Notes: a model not told the origin generated them from the sequence alone. A stretch of DNA of 64,000 bases from a virus (IMGVR_UViG_2706796127_000001:1-64000); one strand, 5' to 3'; shown: positions 15,926 to 25,952, counted from the first letter of the stretch. Numbers and translations: made by a program.

Positions 15926-17067
15926 AAGAAATCTCCAAATTCATTGCCCAGATCTTTCAGAGTATCCGTAGAGGTCTCAGTTACCTGACCTACACGGTAG
16001 GCTGCACCAATCTGGATTTCTTGTGGAGCAGGCTGTAAAGAAGTGGTATCCAACCAGTTCATGATCCACGGAATAGGGTTTTTGGTGATTACCGGCAGGT
16101 TACTTGGCCATTCTACACCGATGTGCATAAATGCATTACGCCCCACAAAGTACAGATATTCTTCTAGAAGTTCTGCATTCAAGCCAATCAGACTACGACC
16201 TTTGAAAATGAAGTGACCCCATTCAATTTCAGTTTTCAGAGTTTTCAGGAGCTGTGCTGGTGCTTTAGCCACTGCTTCATCCACCAGGTCTTTGTCAAAC
16301 TGCTGGAACATAATCTGGATGATTGCTTTGGACATCTGAGTGTGCAGAGCTTCATCTTTAGCGATTAATTGCAGATTTTTAGCAATACCCTGCAGAATAT
16401 CGTTCTCTGCTAATGCAAAGGTACATGCAAAGGATGCGTAAAACTGCATTGCTTCCAGACCATAGATTGCAAAGTAAGCGTCTAATAGCTTAGCCTGAGT
16501 TTCACGTTTAACTTCAGGGAACTCAGTTTCTGGATATGTATTGTCGCCACGATGATCGCGTACTGCGATGAAATACTGACCTAACTGGTACAGTTCATCG
16601 AATAGTTCAACAGAATCAGCGATGCGTGCGAATGCTTCTTGGTTTTTGGTTACAGAATCAATAAATTCTGCTGGATCAGTTAGCACATTACGAATAATAT
16701 TGCTATAAGCACGACTATGCAGATCTTCGAAGTAGCTCCACTGCTTGAGCATACCTTCCAATTCTGGACGACTTACAAGTGGCATAATAGCTGCTTCGGG
16801 GGCACGACTGATAAAGGAGTCTGTTTGAGTCTGCCATGCTAAGTTCAGGAGTGTAATTTCCTGAATTTCACGAGGGAGATTAGGCCATTGTTTCTTATCT
16901 GCTTCCAGACTGATTTCAGTTTCAGTCCAAAATTGAGAGCGAGCTAGTAACGCCAGTCTTTCTAGCTCTGGATGGGCTACTCGTACATAATCTGCAATAC
17001 CAAGAGAATCACCGAGAAATAGATCTTTATTGGTGTGATCCCAGTTTAAGTTAAGTAAAGTTGTCAT
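15922..17067 (-). CDS. nrdB: ribonucleotide reductase class Ia small subunit
   Basis: The ferritin-like diiron protein carries E/H ligand motifs and a C-terminal tail for NrdA binding. Confidence 0.85.
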   Translation of the reverse strand: MTTLLNLNWDHTNKDLFLGDSLGIADYVRVAHPELERLALLARSQFWTETEISLEADKKQWPNLPREIQEITLLNLAWQTQTDSFISRAPEAAIMPLVSRPELEGMLKQWSYFEDLHSRAYSNIIRNVLTDPAEFIDSVTKNQEAFARIADSVELFDELYQLGQYFIAVRDHRGDNTYPETEFPEVKRETQAKLLDAYFAIYGLEAMQFYASFACTFALAENDILQGIAKNLQLIAKDEALHTQMSKAIIQIMFQQFDKDLVDEAVAKAPAQLLKTLKTEIEWGHFIFKGRSLIGLNAELLEEYLYFVGRNAFMHIGVEWPSNLPVITKNPIPWIMNWLDTTSLQPAPQEIQIGAAYRVGQVTETSTDTLKDLGNEFGDFL

Positions 17068-17075
17068 TAGTTCTC

Positions 17076-17591
17076 CTATTTATCTGTGTTTCTTAGCAGT
17101 GTTGGGTCTTGAGTTACTGAGAGTATTAAAGAATCCCTATATTCTATAGCTTCTTCTAGCGTTGGTAGGGTTTTTACATACTTTATACCGTTAATAGATT
17201 TTCTAACTTGAAATCCAGACCCCTTCTTTCGTATATTCTTAGTACCCAACATATTGTTTTTACTGGTTTTTCTATTTTGACTGTTTAGTTGCCAATCTGC
17301 TTCTCTGAGATTAACCCACCTATAGTTTAGTGAATTTCCATCTATATGGTCGACCATAACTTTAGGTAGACTTCCTGTCATATATAGGAAAGCAATATTT
17401 TGTGCAGGGTACTTCTTACCATTGATTTGTATTACTAAGTCTTTTCGGTTAGGATCTACTGAGTGAGGTTTTAAACAACCAGCAGGTAGTCCTCTTACTT
17501 TATTGTGTACTTCTTGGTTATTTAACCAAGTAAATGTTCCTTCATCTGGATTATACTCCAGAATCCTTTTTAATTCATCTTGTGTTATCAA
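17076..17591 (-). CDS. HNH homing endonuclease inserted between nrdA and nrdB
   Basis: The N-terminus is MITQDELKRILEYNPDEGTFTW. The protein has VDHIDGNSLNYRWVNL. Confidence 0.65.
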   Translation of the reverse strand: MITQDELKRILEYNPDEGTFTWLNNQEVHNKVRGLPAGCLKPHSVDPNRKDLVIQINGKKYPAQNIAFLYMTGSLPKVMVDHIDGNSLNYRWVNLREADWQLNSQNRKTSKNNMLGTKNIRKKGSGFQVRKSINGIKYVKTLPTLEEAIEYRDSLILSVTQDPTLLRNTDK

Positions 17592-17617
17592 AACTAATCT
17601 CCTTAACTAATGGAGAT

Positions 17618-17646
17618 ATTATAACAAATCTGGTAGCGATTAGCAA
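17618..17646 (-). promoter_or_regulatory. phage early promoter (TTGCTA-17-TATAAT)
   Basis: Member of the promoter family. It lies inside the 3' end of nrdA. Confidence 0.5.
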
Positions 17647-17692
17647 GTAAAATTTCAAAGAAAAAGGAGACCCGAAGATCTCCTTGTTTTTA

Positions 17693-20023
17693 TTAAATAG
17701 TACAACCACCTGATGCACAACCGGCTGCTTCTTCTCCAGCACCTCCACCATTTGCTGTATTGAAGTTTGCATAGTAGAAAGTTTTCCACCCATACTTAAC
17801 AGCAGTCATGAAATCACGAACTACTACTGGGCCAGGAATGATTTCATTCTCAAACTTGGTGTAGTCATAGTACATATTCGTACTGATAGACTGACTGAAG
17901 AATTTCTGCATAGTTGCTACCCACTTGATCCACTCGATACGATCTACATCATAAGCCAGTTTATAGCTTATTAACGTTTCCCAATCGGTTGCACCTGGAG
18001 CAATTGCAATTACTTTATTCACTGCACTACCCTTGATAGATACAATCTTACGAGGAGGTTCGATAGAGTTAGTAACTCCTAGCAGAACAGAAGAACTTTC
18101 TCCTGGCATCTGAGCAGTCAGAACAGAGTTACGCATACCATATTTCAGAATATCTGCACGTAGAGACTCCCAATCCATTTCTAGACCTACAGATACCAGT
18201 TCATCAACAGTTTTCTTGTACGTGTCGATTACCAGAATTCCTTTAGATGGTTTAGTACGATCAAACCACTCACATGCACCCTGTTCTTTAGCTAGGCGTA
18301 CAGAGGCTTTATGCAGGAAGTAAGACAGTTTTTCAGCCTCACGGTGAATCCAGTTACGGGCTTCAATACCTTCATAAGCCAGACCTTCTGCTGCCATTGC
18401 ACCTGCTGCGTTCATCAGGCCAATACCAACATTACGACGTTTCTTAGCCGTATATTCCATAGTTGGGAATGGATAATCCTGAATTTCAATAATTGTATCA
18501 ACGAATTTCAGGAGGATGTAGCAAGTTTTTTCCCACTCAGCCAGAGACTCCATGCGTCCAAGTACAACACCACCTAAGTTACACAGAGATACTTCACCAA
18601 TATCCTCCGGCTTCATTTGATCAAGTTGTTCTTTTGTTTTATACAGTTCCGTGATATGATGGAACGGGCGCGTAGGCTGAGTAATCTCAACACAAAGGTT
18701 TGTCATACGAATCGGATCAAGGAAATTACCGTGACGATTAGATTCCCCGATGTGATGAGCATACATACGTCCTGTTTCCATTCGGATACGTAGCCAAGTA
18801 TCTAGGATTTCTTTTGCAGAGACTTTAGGAGCTGCTGGAACTGTTTTTCCTTCGTGGTCGATCTTTGTAAGAGATGCCACACGTTTCTCCGCTGCCACGT
18901 AGATTTCTTCAAATTTAGCCTCGTCATCACTATAAAACGCCTCATGAACTTCTGGAGCATAGAAGTATGACATTAGCGTAATATCTTCGTTTTTCAGATA
19001 ACGTTTTAACAAAAGATTGTTGAAGCTCAGAGAGTAATCCATCTTATCGATTTTATTCTCATCTGTAGCACGTTGTTGCTTAACCTGCATCAATTGAATG
19101 ATTTCAGGGTCGAAGTATGGATAAGACACTGTAGCAGAACCACCACGAGTTTGCTGAGTATTGGCCTTTACTGAGCGGTCAATGTGTCGATAATATGGCA
19201 GTTTTCCGGAATGCGGGAATGCCCCATTTCGCACCGGATCAGCAATTGATCGGCTTTCAAGATGATACCCGATTCCCGCTCTGGCTGCGACCATTTTGAA
19301 GACGATGTGCTCGGCGGTGTCGATTGAATCCAACGTGTCAGTGGAATCCACGAGGCAGCAACTAGCAAATCCACGATCACTAGAGCGCAGACCAACCAGT
19401 GGCGGCGTAGGAACGTTGATTTTGTGGAGTGACATTGCGTTGTAGAGGTCGATTGCATCTAGAATTGTCCAGTTAGGTTGAGATAGCATCGCCATTGCCA
19501 TACCCATGTAGGCAAACTGCGGAGTTTCATAAATTTCACCAGTGGCTATGTTACGACGGGAATACTTATCAAAGAACTGCTTCAGCCCACCACTAGTAAA
19601 AAGACGGTCACGATCATGGTCGATAACCTGATTCAGAGCTTCAAATTGCTCATCGGTAATCCATGCACTCATGTCTTCCCATGCACCTACGCTAACCATA
19701 TGGTCATGGAAGAAGCGCAGAGAAGGCGGTTCGAAGGAATCATAAAGGCGTTTACGCATTTGCGCAAGACGTAATTCCTTTGCTGGCACATCATATGCTG
19801 GATTATCTTTAATAAGACTTTCAGCAGCTTTAATTAATGCATCCATCAGAGTGTCGGAATCTACAACCCCTTTAGGCAGAGTTTTTTGAGCAGCCATAGT
19901 AATGGCTGACCAACTTACATCAACTGTTTTGCAACCATACTCTGCCCAACCATTGATTTTTTCAGGAGCAAAGTCTTCTACAGTACCGTCACGTTTAATT
20001 ACTTTTTCAATGCGATGGCTCAT
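17693..20023 (-). CDS. nrdA: ribonucleotide reductase class Ia large subunit (start refined to ATG at 20023, ~777 aa)
   Basis: An ATP-cone follows MSHRIEKVIKRDG. The C-terminal redox-shuttle Cys pair reads CASGGC. A ribosome-binding site AAAGGAAAG precedes the start. Confidence 0.85.
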   Translation of the reverse strand: MSHRIEKVIKRDGTVEDFAPEKINGWAEYGCKTVDVSWSAITMAAQKTLPKGVVDSDTLMDALIKAAESLIKDNPAYDVPAKELRLAQMRKRLYDSFEPPSLRFFHDHMVSVGAWEDMSAWITDEQFEALNQVIDHDRDRLFTSGGLKQFFDKYSRRNIATGEIYETPQFAYMGMAMAMLSQPNWTILDAIDLYNAMSLHKINVPTPPLVGLRSSDRGFASCCLVDSTDTLDSIDTAEHIVFKMVAARAGIGYHLESRSIADPVRNGAFPHSGKLPYYRHIDRSVKANTQQTRGGSATVSYPYFDPEIIQLMQVKQQRATDENKIDKMDYSLSFNNLLLKRYLKNEDITLMSYFYAPEVHEAFYSDDEAKFEEIYVAAEKRVASLTKIDHEGKTVPAAPKVSAKEILDTWLRIRMETGRMYAHHIGESNRHGNFLDPIRMTNLCVEITQPTRPFHHITELYKTKEQLDQMKPEDIGEVSLCNLGGVVLGRMESLAEWEKTCYILLKFVDTIIEIQDYPFPTMEYTAKKRRNVGIGLMNAAGAMAAEGLAYEGIEARNWIHREAEKLSYFLHKASVRLAKEQGACEWFDRTKPSKGILVIDTYKKTVDELVSVGLEMDWESLRADILKYGMRNSVLTAQMPGESSSVLLGVTNSIEPPRKIVSIKGSAVNKVIAIAPGATDWETLISYKLAYDVDRIEWIKWVATMQKFFSQSISTNMYYDYTKFENEIIPGPVVVRDFMTAVKYGWKTFYYANFNTANGGGAGEEAAGCASGGCTI

Positions 20024-20061
20024 TTGGCTTTCCTTTTTATAGTTATCAGGATTTAAGGAAT

Positions 20062-20090
20062 ATTCTACATTATTATTGGTCATTAGGCAA
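20062..20090 (-). promoter_or_regulatory. phage early promoter (TTGCCT-17-TAGAAT)
   Basis: Promoter-family variant located upstream of nrdA. Confidence 0.45.
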
Positions 20091-20165
20091 ATAAAATTTT
20101 CTGATAGAAAAGGCCCGAGTATTTTCATACCCAGGCCCTGTATATTACCAGTCTAGCTTTTTAGC

Positions 20166-20387
20166 TTATTCAATTACTTTAGCTCTAGCTACTTCTTTTA
20201 ATAGAATATCTATGGAGGTGCTCAGCTCGTTATAATTGAATGGTTTATTTGGGTTTGAGGTTACAATTTTCCACGCTAGGGTTGTCTTAGGACTTTCTTC
20301 TCCTTCCTTACGTGTAATAATATTAGCAGCACTCAGTGAAGTACGATGTATTTTAGTTTTACGGCTCAGATGAACGACGTTTCCCAT
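20166..20387 (-). CDS. hypothetical protein (73 aa), ATG overlapping phoH stop
   Basis: A ribosome-binding site GGAAGGTG precedes the ORF, in a TAATATG arrangement with the phoH stop. Confidence 0.35.
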   Translation of the reverse strand: MGNVVHLSRKTKIHRTSLSAANIITRKEGEESPKTTLAWKIVTSNPNKPFNYNELSTSIDILLKEVARAKVIE

Positions 20388-20388
20388 A

Positions 20389-21150
20389 TTACACCTTCCC
20401 CATGTCTTTAAAAATATCATAGAATGCTTTAGACTCGACAGAACGAACGTTATCAATCAATTCGATCATTGAGAATGGGGCATTTTCGTATTTCTCATAG
20501 ACTTCCATAAGGAGTGCTAGACCTGAGTCACCTTTAATGTCTTTCTGAGCTATATCTCCGCAGATAATTAAACGGCAGTCTTGTCCTACACGAGTTAGGA
20601 GACAAATCATTGCCTCAACGGAAATATTCTGAGCTTCATCGACAATTACATAGGAGTTGTTGAAAGTTCTGCCACGAGCATGTTCGATAGCCAAAAATTT
20701 AATTTTCTGACGTTCGACATATCCTTTATATGCATGATCGCCGATGGCCCATTTCATACCGTCAGCTATTGGCTCCAACCAAGGCTCTAGCTTTTCTGCT
20801 AGATCACCAGGAAGCATACCAAGAGACTTACCTAGAGGTTCATTAGGACGTACGAGGATCACTTGCTCAATATCTGAGTGAATGTCTACGAGTTCCTGAG
20901 CTGCAAGAACGGACGGAATAAAGGTTTTACCAGTACCTGGCTCACCGATACCCACAGTCACTGTGTTATTCTTGATCATATTGATATATGATTTTTGCTC
21001 GCGGTTTTTACCTACTAGGGATTTAGCAACTGGGTTAGCGTAATCATTAGAAAAATCAGCCTGAATTACGTTATTCTCATACTTGTTGCCACGCTTTCTT
21101 GAACCATTGCGGTTCTCTCTTTTTTGACGTGCTTTTCCCATAAATAACAC
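20389..21150 (-). CDS. phoH: PhoH-like ATPase
   Basis: Walker A is GEPGTGKTF and Walker B is VIVDEAQN. Confidence 0.8.
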   Translation of the reverse strand: MLFMGKARQKRENRNGSRKRGNKYENNVIQADFSNDYANPVAKSLVGKNREQKSYINMIKNNTVTVGIGEPGTGKTFIPSVLAAQELVDIHSDIEQVILVRPNEPLGKSLGMLPGDLAEKLEPWLEPIADGMKWAIGDHAYKGYVERQKIKFLAIEHARGRTFNNSYVIVDEAQNISVEAMICLLTRVGQDCRLIICGDIAQKDIKGDSGLALLMEVYEKYENAPFSMIELIDNVRSVESKAFYDIFKDMGKV

Positions 21151-21217
21151 TCCTATAGTGTACTTCGCTTCTAACAGAGGATCAACAAAGAGATCTTGTT
21201 TATCAACTTACAAATAT

Positions 21218-21246
21218 ATTATAACAAGGTTTACAGCAAAAAGCAA
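21218..21246 (-). promoter_or_regulatory. phage early promoter (TTGCTT-17-TATAAT)
   Basis: Member of the promoter family. It drives phoH. Confidence 0.55.
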
Positions 21247-21418
21247 GTATAATTTTAAATAAACCTATGATATTGCTTTTAAATAAAAAATTTACTTGCT
21301 TATAAAGGTAGAAATATGATACTAGATAATCATTTATTTATATGTAAAGATATTATGCTGTATAGCATCAATAAAAATTGATAAAAATCAAAAGTCAAAT
21401 AGTATTAGAAAAATGTAG

Positions 21419-21447
21419 TTGACGTATGGGGTGGAATTATGTATAAT
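21419..21447 (+). promoter_or_regulatory. sigma70-like promoter TTGACG-17-TATAAT
   Basis: Divergent from the phoH promoter. It marks the start of the plus-strand module. Confidence 0.55.
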
Positions 21448-21468
21448 ATGTGAATTAAGGAGAATTTA

Positions 21469-22140
21469 ATGGTAAGAAAGAAAATAACTACAGAAGATGT
21501 GAACTTAGCACTTGCTCCTAGAGGGATAGCTATGCTAAGCACGTATATATCAGCTAAATCCAATGCTATATTTAAGTGCTCTAATGGGCATAGTTGGGAG
21601 GCTAGAGTAGATAACGTAAAAGGTGGTAGAGGTTGCCCGTATTGTGCTAGCCGTACTTTAGATCTTAAAGAAGTAAATGAATCTTTAGCTGCCCGTGGAA
21701 TAAAGATGGAAGGTAAATACATCAATTCCAAGAGTAAAATCATGTTCAGCTGTGAGAATGATCATAAATGGGAGTCTACACTTGATAGTGTTAGAAATCA
21801 TAATTCTGGTTGTCCTATATGTTTATTAGAGAAGGATAATTATCCTACTAATGTATATATTTTAGTAAGTAATGTGGGAACCAAAATAGGTGTGTCTAGC
21901 AGAACTAAAGATAGACTCAGAGATATTAAAACTTCCTCTAACATACATGATTTAAAAATATTTAAGGAGTATAGCTTTTCAGATAGATCAAAAGCTATGC
22001 ATATTGAGAGAGAAACCCATTTACAGTTTAAGGAATATAATTGTCAATATAAAGATTTTGATGGTGCTACAGAATTTTTTAGTATTGAGCCAGAAATAGT
22101 AGCAAGGTTTATCGAGGAAATAACTAATGACAGAGAATGA
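21469..22140 (+). CDS. free-standing endonuclease-like protein: two Cys4 zinc-ribbon repeats + C-terminal T5orf172 (GIY-YIG-like) domain
   Basis: The repeats are CSNGHSWEA...GCPYC and CENDHKWES...GCPIC. The C-terminal domain reads YILVSNVGTKIGVSSRTKDRLRDIK...GATEFF. Confidence 0.55.
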   Translation: MVRKKITTEDVNLALAPRGIAMLSTYISAKSNAIFKCSNGHSWEARVDNVKGGRGCPYCASRTLDLKEVNESLAARGIKMEGKYINSKSKIMFSCENDHKWESTLDSVRNHNSGCPICLLEKDNYPTNVYILVSNVGTKIGVSSRTKDRLRDIKTSSNIHDLKIFKEYSFSDRSKAMHIERETHLQFKEYNCQYKDFDGATEFFSIEPEIVARFIEEITNDRE

Positions 22141-23953
22141 ATTAATTGAGAATTGCAAAGGCCTGCTCACTCTAACTGCTGATAAGGACTTACAACATAA
22201 TAATGCTAATAAGCCTAGTGAGATGTTCCATACTCAAAGAGACTTATTAGCTGGAGAAATCAACAAATATTTAGTAGCACAAGAATTACCTAAACATCTA
22301 TTAGACGCCCATAATCTAGGTAAAATACACATCCATGATATGGATTACAGAGCACAGGGGTACACTAACTGTTGCTTAGTAGACCTAGGCGGTATGTTGA
22401 AAAATGGCACTAAAATTGGTAATGCGAATATTGAAACTCCTAAATCCATAACTACTGCGTGTGCGATTACTGCTCAGATTATTGCTCAAGTATCAGGCGC
22501 TCAGTATGGTGGTACTTCCATTGATCGTATTGATGAAGTTCTAGCTCCGTATGTTAGGAAGTCCTACAATAAACATCTGGGGCGTGGCCTACGTTGGCTT
22601 AAGGATGAGAGAAAAGCTGCTGTATATGCTACTGAACTTACTGAAAAAGAATGTTATGATGCATTCCAGGCCCTAGAGTATGAGACTAATTCGTTATTTA
22701 ACTCTAATGGGCAGACTCCTTTTGTTACTCTGGGCTTTGGTTTAGGACAAGAATGGGAAGAAAGGATGATTCAGAAAGCTATTCTTCAAAATCGTCTTAA
22801 AGGACTAGGGGCAGCAGGGTCGACACCTATCTTTCCTAAATTGATATTTTCAGTTAAGGAGGGGTTAAACAAAAATCCTGGTGATCCTAATTATGATATA
22901 AAACAGCTAGCACTAGAATGTTCTGCTACACGTATGTACCCAGACTATTTAAGCTATGAGAAGGTTGTAGCTGTTACTGGCGATTTTAAAGCCCCTATGG
23001 GTTGTCGTAGTTTTTTATCTGCTATCCCTTCTGGAGAAATTGCAGGGCGTAATAACCTGGGTGTGGTGTCTATTAATCTACCTATGGTTGCTGCTGAGGC
23101 AGATGGAGTTTTTGAAGATTTCTGGGGTATTCTGGATAAGTATGTAGATGAGGCTTTTGAAGCACATGATTTTTTCTTGGATAGGTTGAAGAAAGTAAAA
23201 GCTAAACAAGCCCCTATTCTATACATGCACGGTGGTTTTGGTGTACGTTTGGATGCGGAGGAATACGTCTGGCCTATTTTTGAGGGTAGATCTTCTGTAT
23301 CACTCGGGTATATTGGGGTCTATGAGATGTGCCAAATAATGTTTGGATTACCACAGACTCATAGGGATTGTATTGAATTTACGGAAGAAGTTCTTACTCA
23401 CTTAAAAAATCGTTGTGAAGTTAAGGCTAATGAGACTAATCTTGGGTTTAGTTTATACGCTACCCCTAGTGAGTCTCTGTGTAATCGTTTTAATAAACTA
23501 CTGGAACGTAGATTCCCTGAGTATTCTTGGCTAACAGATAAAGGCTACCTTACTAATAGCCACCATTTGGATGTAAGGGAGAAAGTAGCTCCAGATACTA
23601 AATTTGAGTATGAAGCTCATTTTACTAGAATAGCTAATGGTGGTAATATATCATTTGTGGAATTACCACAAATGAAAAAGTTCCATAAAGCTCTTGAATA
23701 TGTAGTGGACAAAGGGCTAGAATGTAGTCATTATATAGGTGTCAATATACCAATTGATGAATGCTTTAACTGTGGATATATGGGTGAATCTATCGCCTCT
23801 GAACGCGGTTTTGTATGCCCAAGTTGTGGATCTGAAGATATAGAAGTTACACGTAGGGTTTGCGGGTACCTGGGATCTCCCGGCAGTAGACCCTTTAATT
23901 CTGGGAAACAAAAAGAAGTACTTGGTAGAGTAAAGCACTTAAATCTTAAATAA
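22127..23953 (+). CDS. nrdD: anaerobic ribonucleoside-triphosphate reductase (class III)
   Basis: The glycyl-radical motif RVCGYLGSP lies near the C-terminus. A Zn-ribbon CFNCGY...CPSCGS is present. Confidence 0.85.
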   Translation: MTENELIENCKGLLTLTADKDLQHNNANKPSEMFHTQRDLLAGEINKYLVAQELPKHLLDAHNLGKIHIHDMDYRAQGYTNCCLVDLGGMLKNGTKIGNANIETPKSITTACAITAQIIAQVSGAQYGGTSIDRIDEVLAPYVRKSYNKHLGRGLRWLKDERKAAVYATELTEKECYDAFQALEYETNSLFNSNGQTPFVTLGFGLGQEWEERMIQKAILQNRLKGLGAAGSTPIFPKLIFSVKEGLNKNPGDPNYDIKQLALECSATRMYPDYLSYEKVVAVTGDFKAPMGCRSFLSAIPSGEIAGRNNLGVVSINLPMVAAEADGVFEDFWGILDKYVDEAFEAHDFFLDRLKKVKAKQAPILYMHGGFGVRLDAEEYVWPIFEGRSSVSLGYIGVYEMCQIMFGLPQTHRDCIEFTEEVLTHLKNRCEVKANETNLGFSLYATPSESLCNRFNKLLERRFPEYSWLTDKGYLTNSHHLDVREKVAPDTKFEYEAHFTRIANGGNISFVELPQMKKFHKALEYVVDKGLECSHYIGVNIPIDECFNCGYMGESIASERGFVCPSCGSEDIEVTRRVCGYLGSPGSRPFNSGKQKEVLGRVKHLNLK

Positions 23954-23960
23954 GCTAATC

Positions 23961-23995
23961 AGCCGGGTTGCTAGTCGACCTGGCTTTTATTTTAT
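23961..23995 (+). terminator. rho-independent terminator after nrdD
   Basis: The hairpin AGCCGGGT...ACCTGGCT is followed by TTTTATTTTATTT. Confidence 0.55.
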
Positions 23996-24024
23996 TTGCT
24001 TTCAGCCAAAAATTTATATATAAT
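23996..24024 (+). promoter_or_regulatory. phage early promoter (TTGCTT-17-TATAAT)
   Basis: The downstream box is AGATTTATAAATTTGAGAGGAG, followed by an ATG. Confidence 0.6.
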
Positions 24025-24052
24025 AGATTTATAAATTTGAGAGGAGAAAGCT

Positions 24053-24334
24053 ATGAGCGAATTGCTTCCTAAAGTAGATGTCTCCCATCTTGGAGAGCCT
24101 AGTGAAGAACGTAAGGCTCTAGATTGGTTGGGCGGATTTGATTATCGTCGTGTTGTTGCAACATGGAATGATAAGAAAGTTAAGAAGTTTCGGGTACATT
24201 ATGTAGGTAAAGACAAGTGGCTCTGGATTGATTATGAAGAATCGAAGGGGTCTACTAAGGCTGTGAAAATTTATCGTATGTATGGGTATTATTATGCTCA
24301 CTGTGATAAGAATGAATTTACAGTACAGAACTAA
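24053..24334 (+). CDS. hypothetical protein (93 aa)
   Basis: A ribosome-binding site GAGAGGAG precedes the ORF. It has no radical-SAM Cys motif, so it is not NrdG. Confidence 0.4.
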   Translation: MSELLPKVDVSHLGEPSEERKALDWLGGFDYRRVVATWNDKKVKKFRVHYVGKDKWLWIDYEESKGSTKAVKIYRMYGYYYAHCDKNEFTVQN

Positions 24335-24343
24335 GGAACAAGA

Positions 24344-24547
24344 ATGAAAAACGTAAAACATCTTAAATATCGCTTAATTTACAACGGACGTATGGAAACA
24401 GAAGATCTGGCCCAATTAGCTATTAATTCTAATGAGGTTACTGTGCGTGCACTGGCAATTGAAAAGTTGCGTGCCTCTTATGAAAATCGTGTTATGGAAC
24501 TAGAGGAGAAACTTTATGGGCTTCTTGAATCAGAATCTAAAAAATAA
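24344..24547 (+). CDS. hypothetical protein (67 aa)
   Basis: Small ORF with a ribosome-binding site AAGGAA. Confidence 0.35.
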   Translation: MKNVKHLKYRLIYNGRMETEDLAQLAINSNEVTVRALAIEKLRASYENRVMELEEKLYGLLESESKK

Positions 24548-24628
24548 TCCAGAAAACATGCTTATTAAGCAAGAAAAGGTACGCCAGGAGGAAGCAATTT
24601 TACTCCGATATATTATCGAAGGATTTAA

Positions 24629-25459
24629 GTGAGGAATCGTGTAGTGCGTAGATTAATTATTATTAGTGGTGCAGGTTTGAGTGTTGAAAGTGGTGTACGA
24701 GCCTTTCGTACTGATACTGCTAGTGGTAAAGCACTGTGGGATGATTATGATCTAGAAGAAGTATGTAATATTCATGCCTTTCGCGGTAATTTTTATCATA
24801 AAACCCATATGTTTTACAACAAGCGTCGTGAAGAGCTAAAAACTGTTGAACCCAATCTTGCGCATTTGCGTATTGGTGAATGGTATGAACAATATCCCGG
24901 TCAAGTAGTAAACTTGACTACCAACGTAGATGACCTTATTGAGCGTGCTGGCGTTCCTCATAGTGACATTCTGCACATTCACGGATATTTAAAAGAGGTT
25001 GTTGTAGCTGATAGCTACAATAGTAGCAATAAACGGATTATTGACGTAGGATACAATTCTATTGATCCAGATGATTATAAATGGGTTAAACCTAATGTAA
25101 TCTTCTTTGGAGAGCATGCTCCTGCATATGCAGAAATGTACAATGTTTTTGATGGTATTACCAGTCAGGATATGATCGTTGTGGTTGGTTGCTCTAACCA
25201 AGTAATTAACTTCTACTGGGAATTATTTCCTGTTCTTAATTTGACTGCTGCCAAGCTAATGGTTGTTAACTACTATGATAGTGCCCTAGCGGCGGAACCG
25301 GGCTATCAAGGTATGACTCGTAGTGAGATGTACCAGCTGGAAGAACGCGGTATCCCTTACTGGAGTAAAGGTGCGGTAGATGCTTTCAGTGATCCTGATT
25401 TTATTGCTCGTGTAGAAGCTCATTTAGGGGGTAGACCTTATGTGTCAGGAAATAAGTAA
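24629..25459 (+). CDS. Sir2-family (sirtuin-like) NAD-dependent enzyme lacking the zinc-ribbon module
   Basis: The protein has ISGAGLSVESGVRAFR, FY..RR, PNLAHLRI, LTTNVDDLIERAG, a catalytic HIHG and PNVIFFGE. It has a GTG start. Confidence 0.65.
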   Translation: MRNRVVRRLIIISGAGLSVESGVRAFRTDTASGKALWDDYDLEEVCNIHAFRGNFYHKTHMFYNKRREELKTVEPNLAHLRIGEWYEQYPGQVVNLTTNVDDLIERAGVPHSDILHIHGYLKEVVVADSYNSSNKRIIDVGYNSIDPDDYKWVKPNVIFFGEHAPAYAEMYNVFDGITSQDMIVVVGCSNQVINFYWELFPVLNLTAAKLMVVNYYDSALAAEPGYQGMTRSEMYQLEERGIPYWSKGAVDAFSDPDFIARVEAHLGGRPYVSGNK

Positions 25460-25952
25460 TACTCCAATTATTTTTCTAGACATTGATGGGGTGCTCAATT
25501 CGAGCATCTCCCACCATCATGCACCTGATGATGAAAAGATTTTCTTTGGAAGTGACTGGGTTTTCAAACCGCTTCTCAAGGCTTTTCAGGACTTTATTCG
25601 TCCTTCTCCGATAATGATTGTTGGAGTATCATCTTGGTTCTCTGTCAGGAATGAGATGGAGAACGTTCAGATTATGACCGGATTAGGTCTTATCGATCGT
25701 TTTCTTGGTACCACGGATTTTACTGGAGGTGGATTATCTAGGGGTAATTCTGTTCTTCGCTTCGTTGAAAAGTATAGGCTCAAACATTGGTGTGTGCTTG
25801 ATGATGCGGGTGCTATGATGTATCAGTATCCAACGGTTATAGTCAACGGTAGGACTGGGATAAATCTTCAAGATTTAAAAGCTGTTAGCTATATGCTAGA
25901 ATTTAGCCCAGATCTTGAAATGTGTAAATCCTTACAACAATTTAAGGTGTAA
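25440..25952 (+). CDS. HAD-superfamily hydrolase (nucleotidase/phosphatase-like)
   Basis: The N-terminal motif IIFLDIDGVLNS matches the HAD motif I DxDG. Confidence 0.5.
   Translation: MCQEISNTPIIFLDIDGVLNSSISHHHAPDDEKIFFGSDWVFKPLLKAFQDFIRPSPIMIVGVSSWFSVRNEMENVQIMTGLGLIDRFLGTTDFTGGGLSRGNSVLRFVEKYRLKHWCVLDDAGAMMYQYPTVIVNGRTGINLQDLKAVSYMLEFSPDLEMCKSLQQFKV

Noticed and set aside
17575-17793. 72-aa ORF bridging the nrdA end and the HNH start
   Set aside because: It overlaps two well-supported genes in another frame. The promoter module at 17618..17646 accounts for the conserved sequence there.
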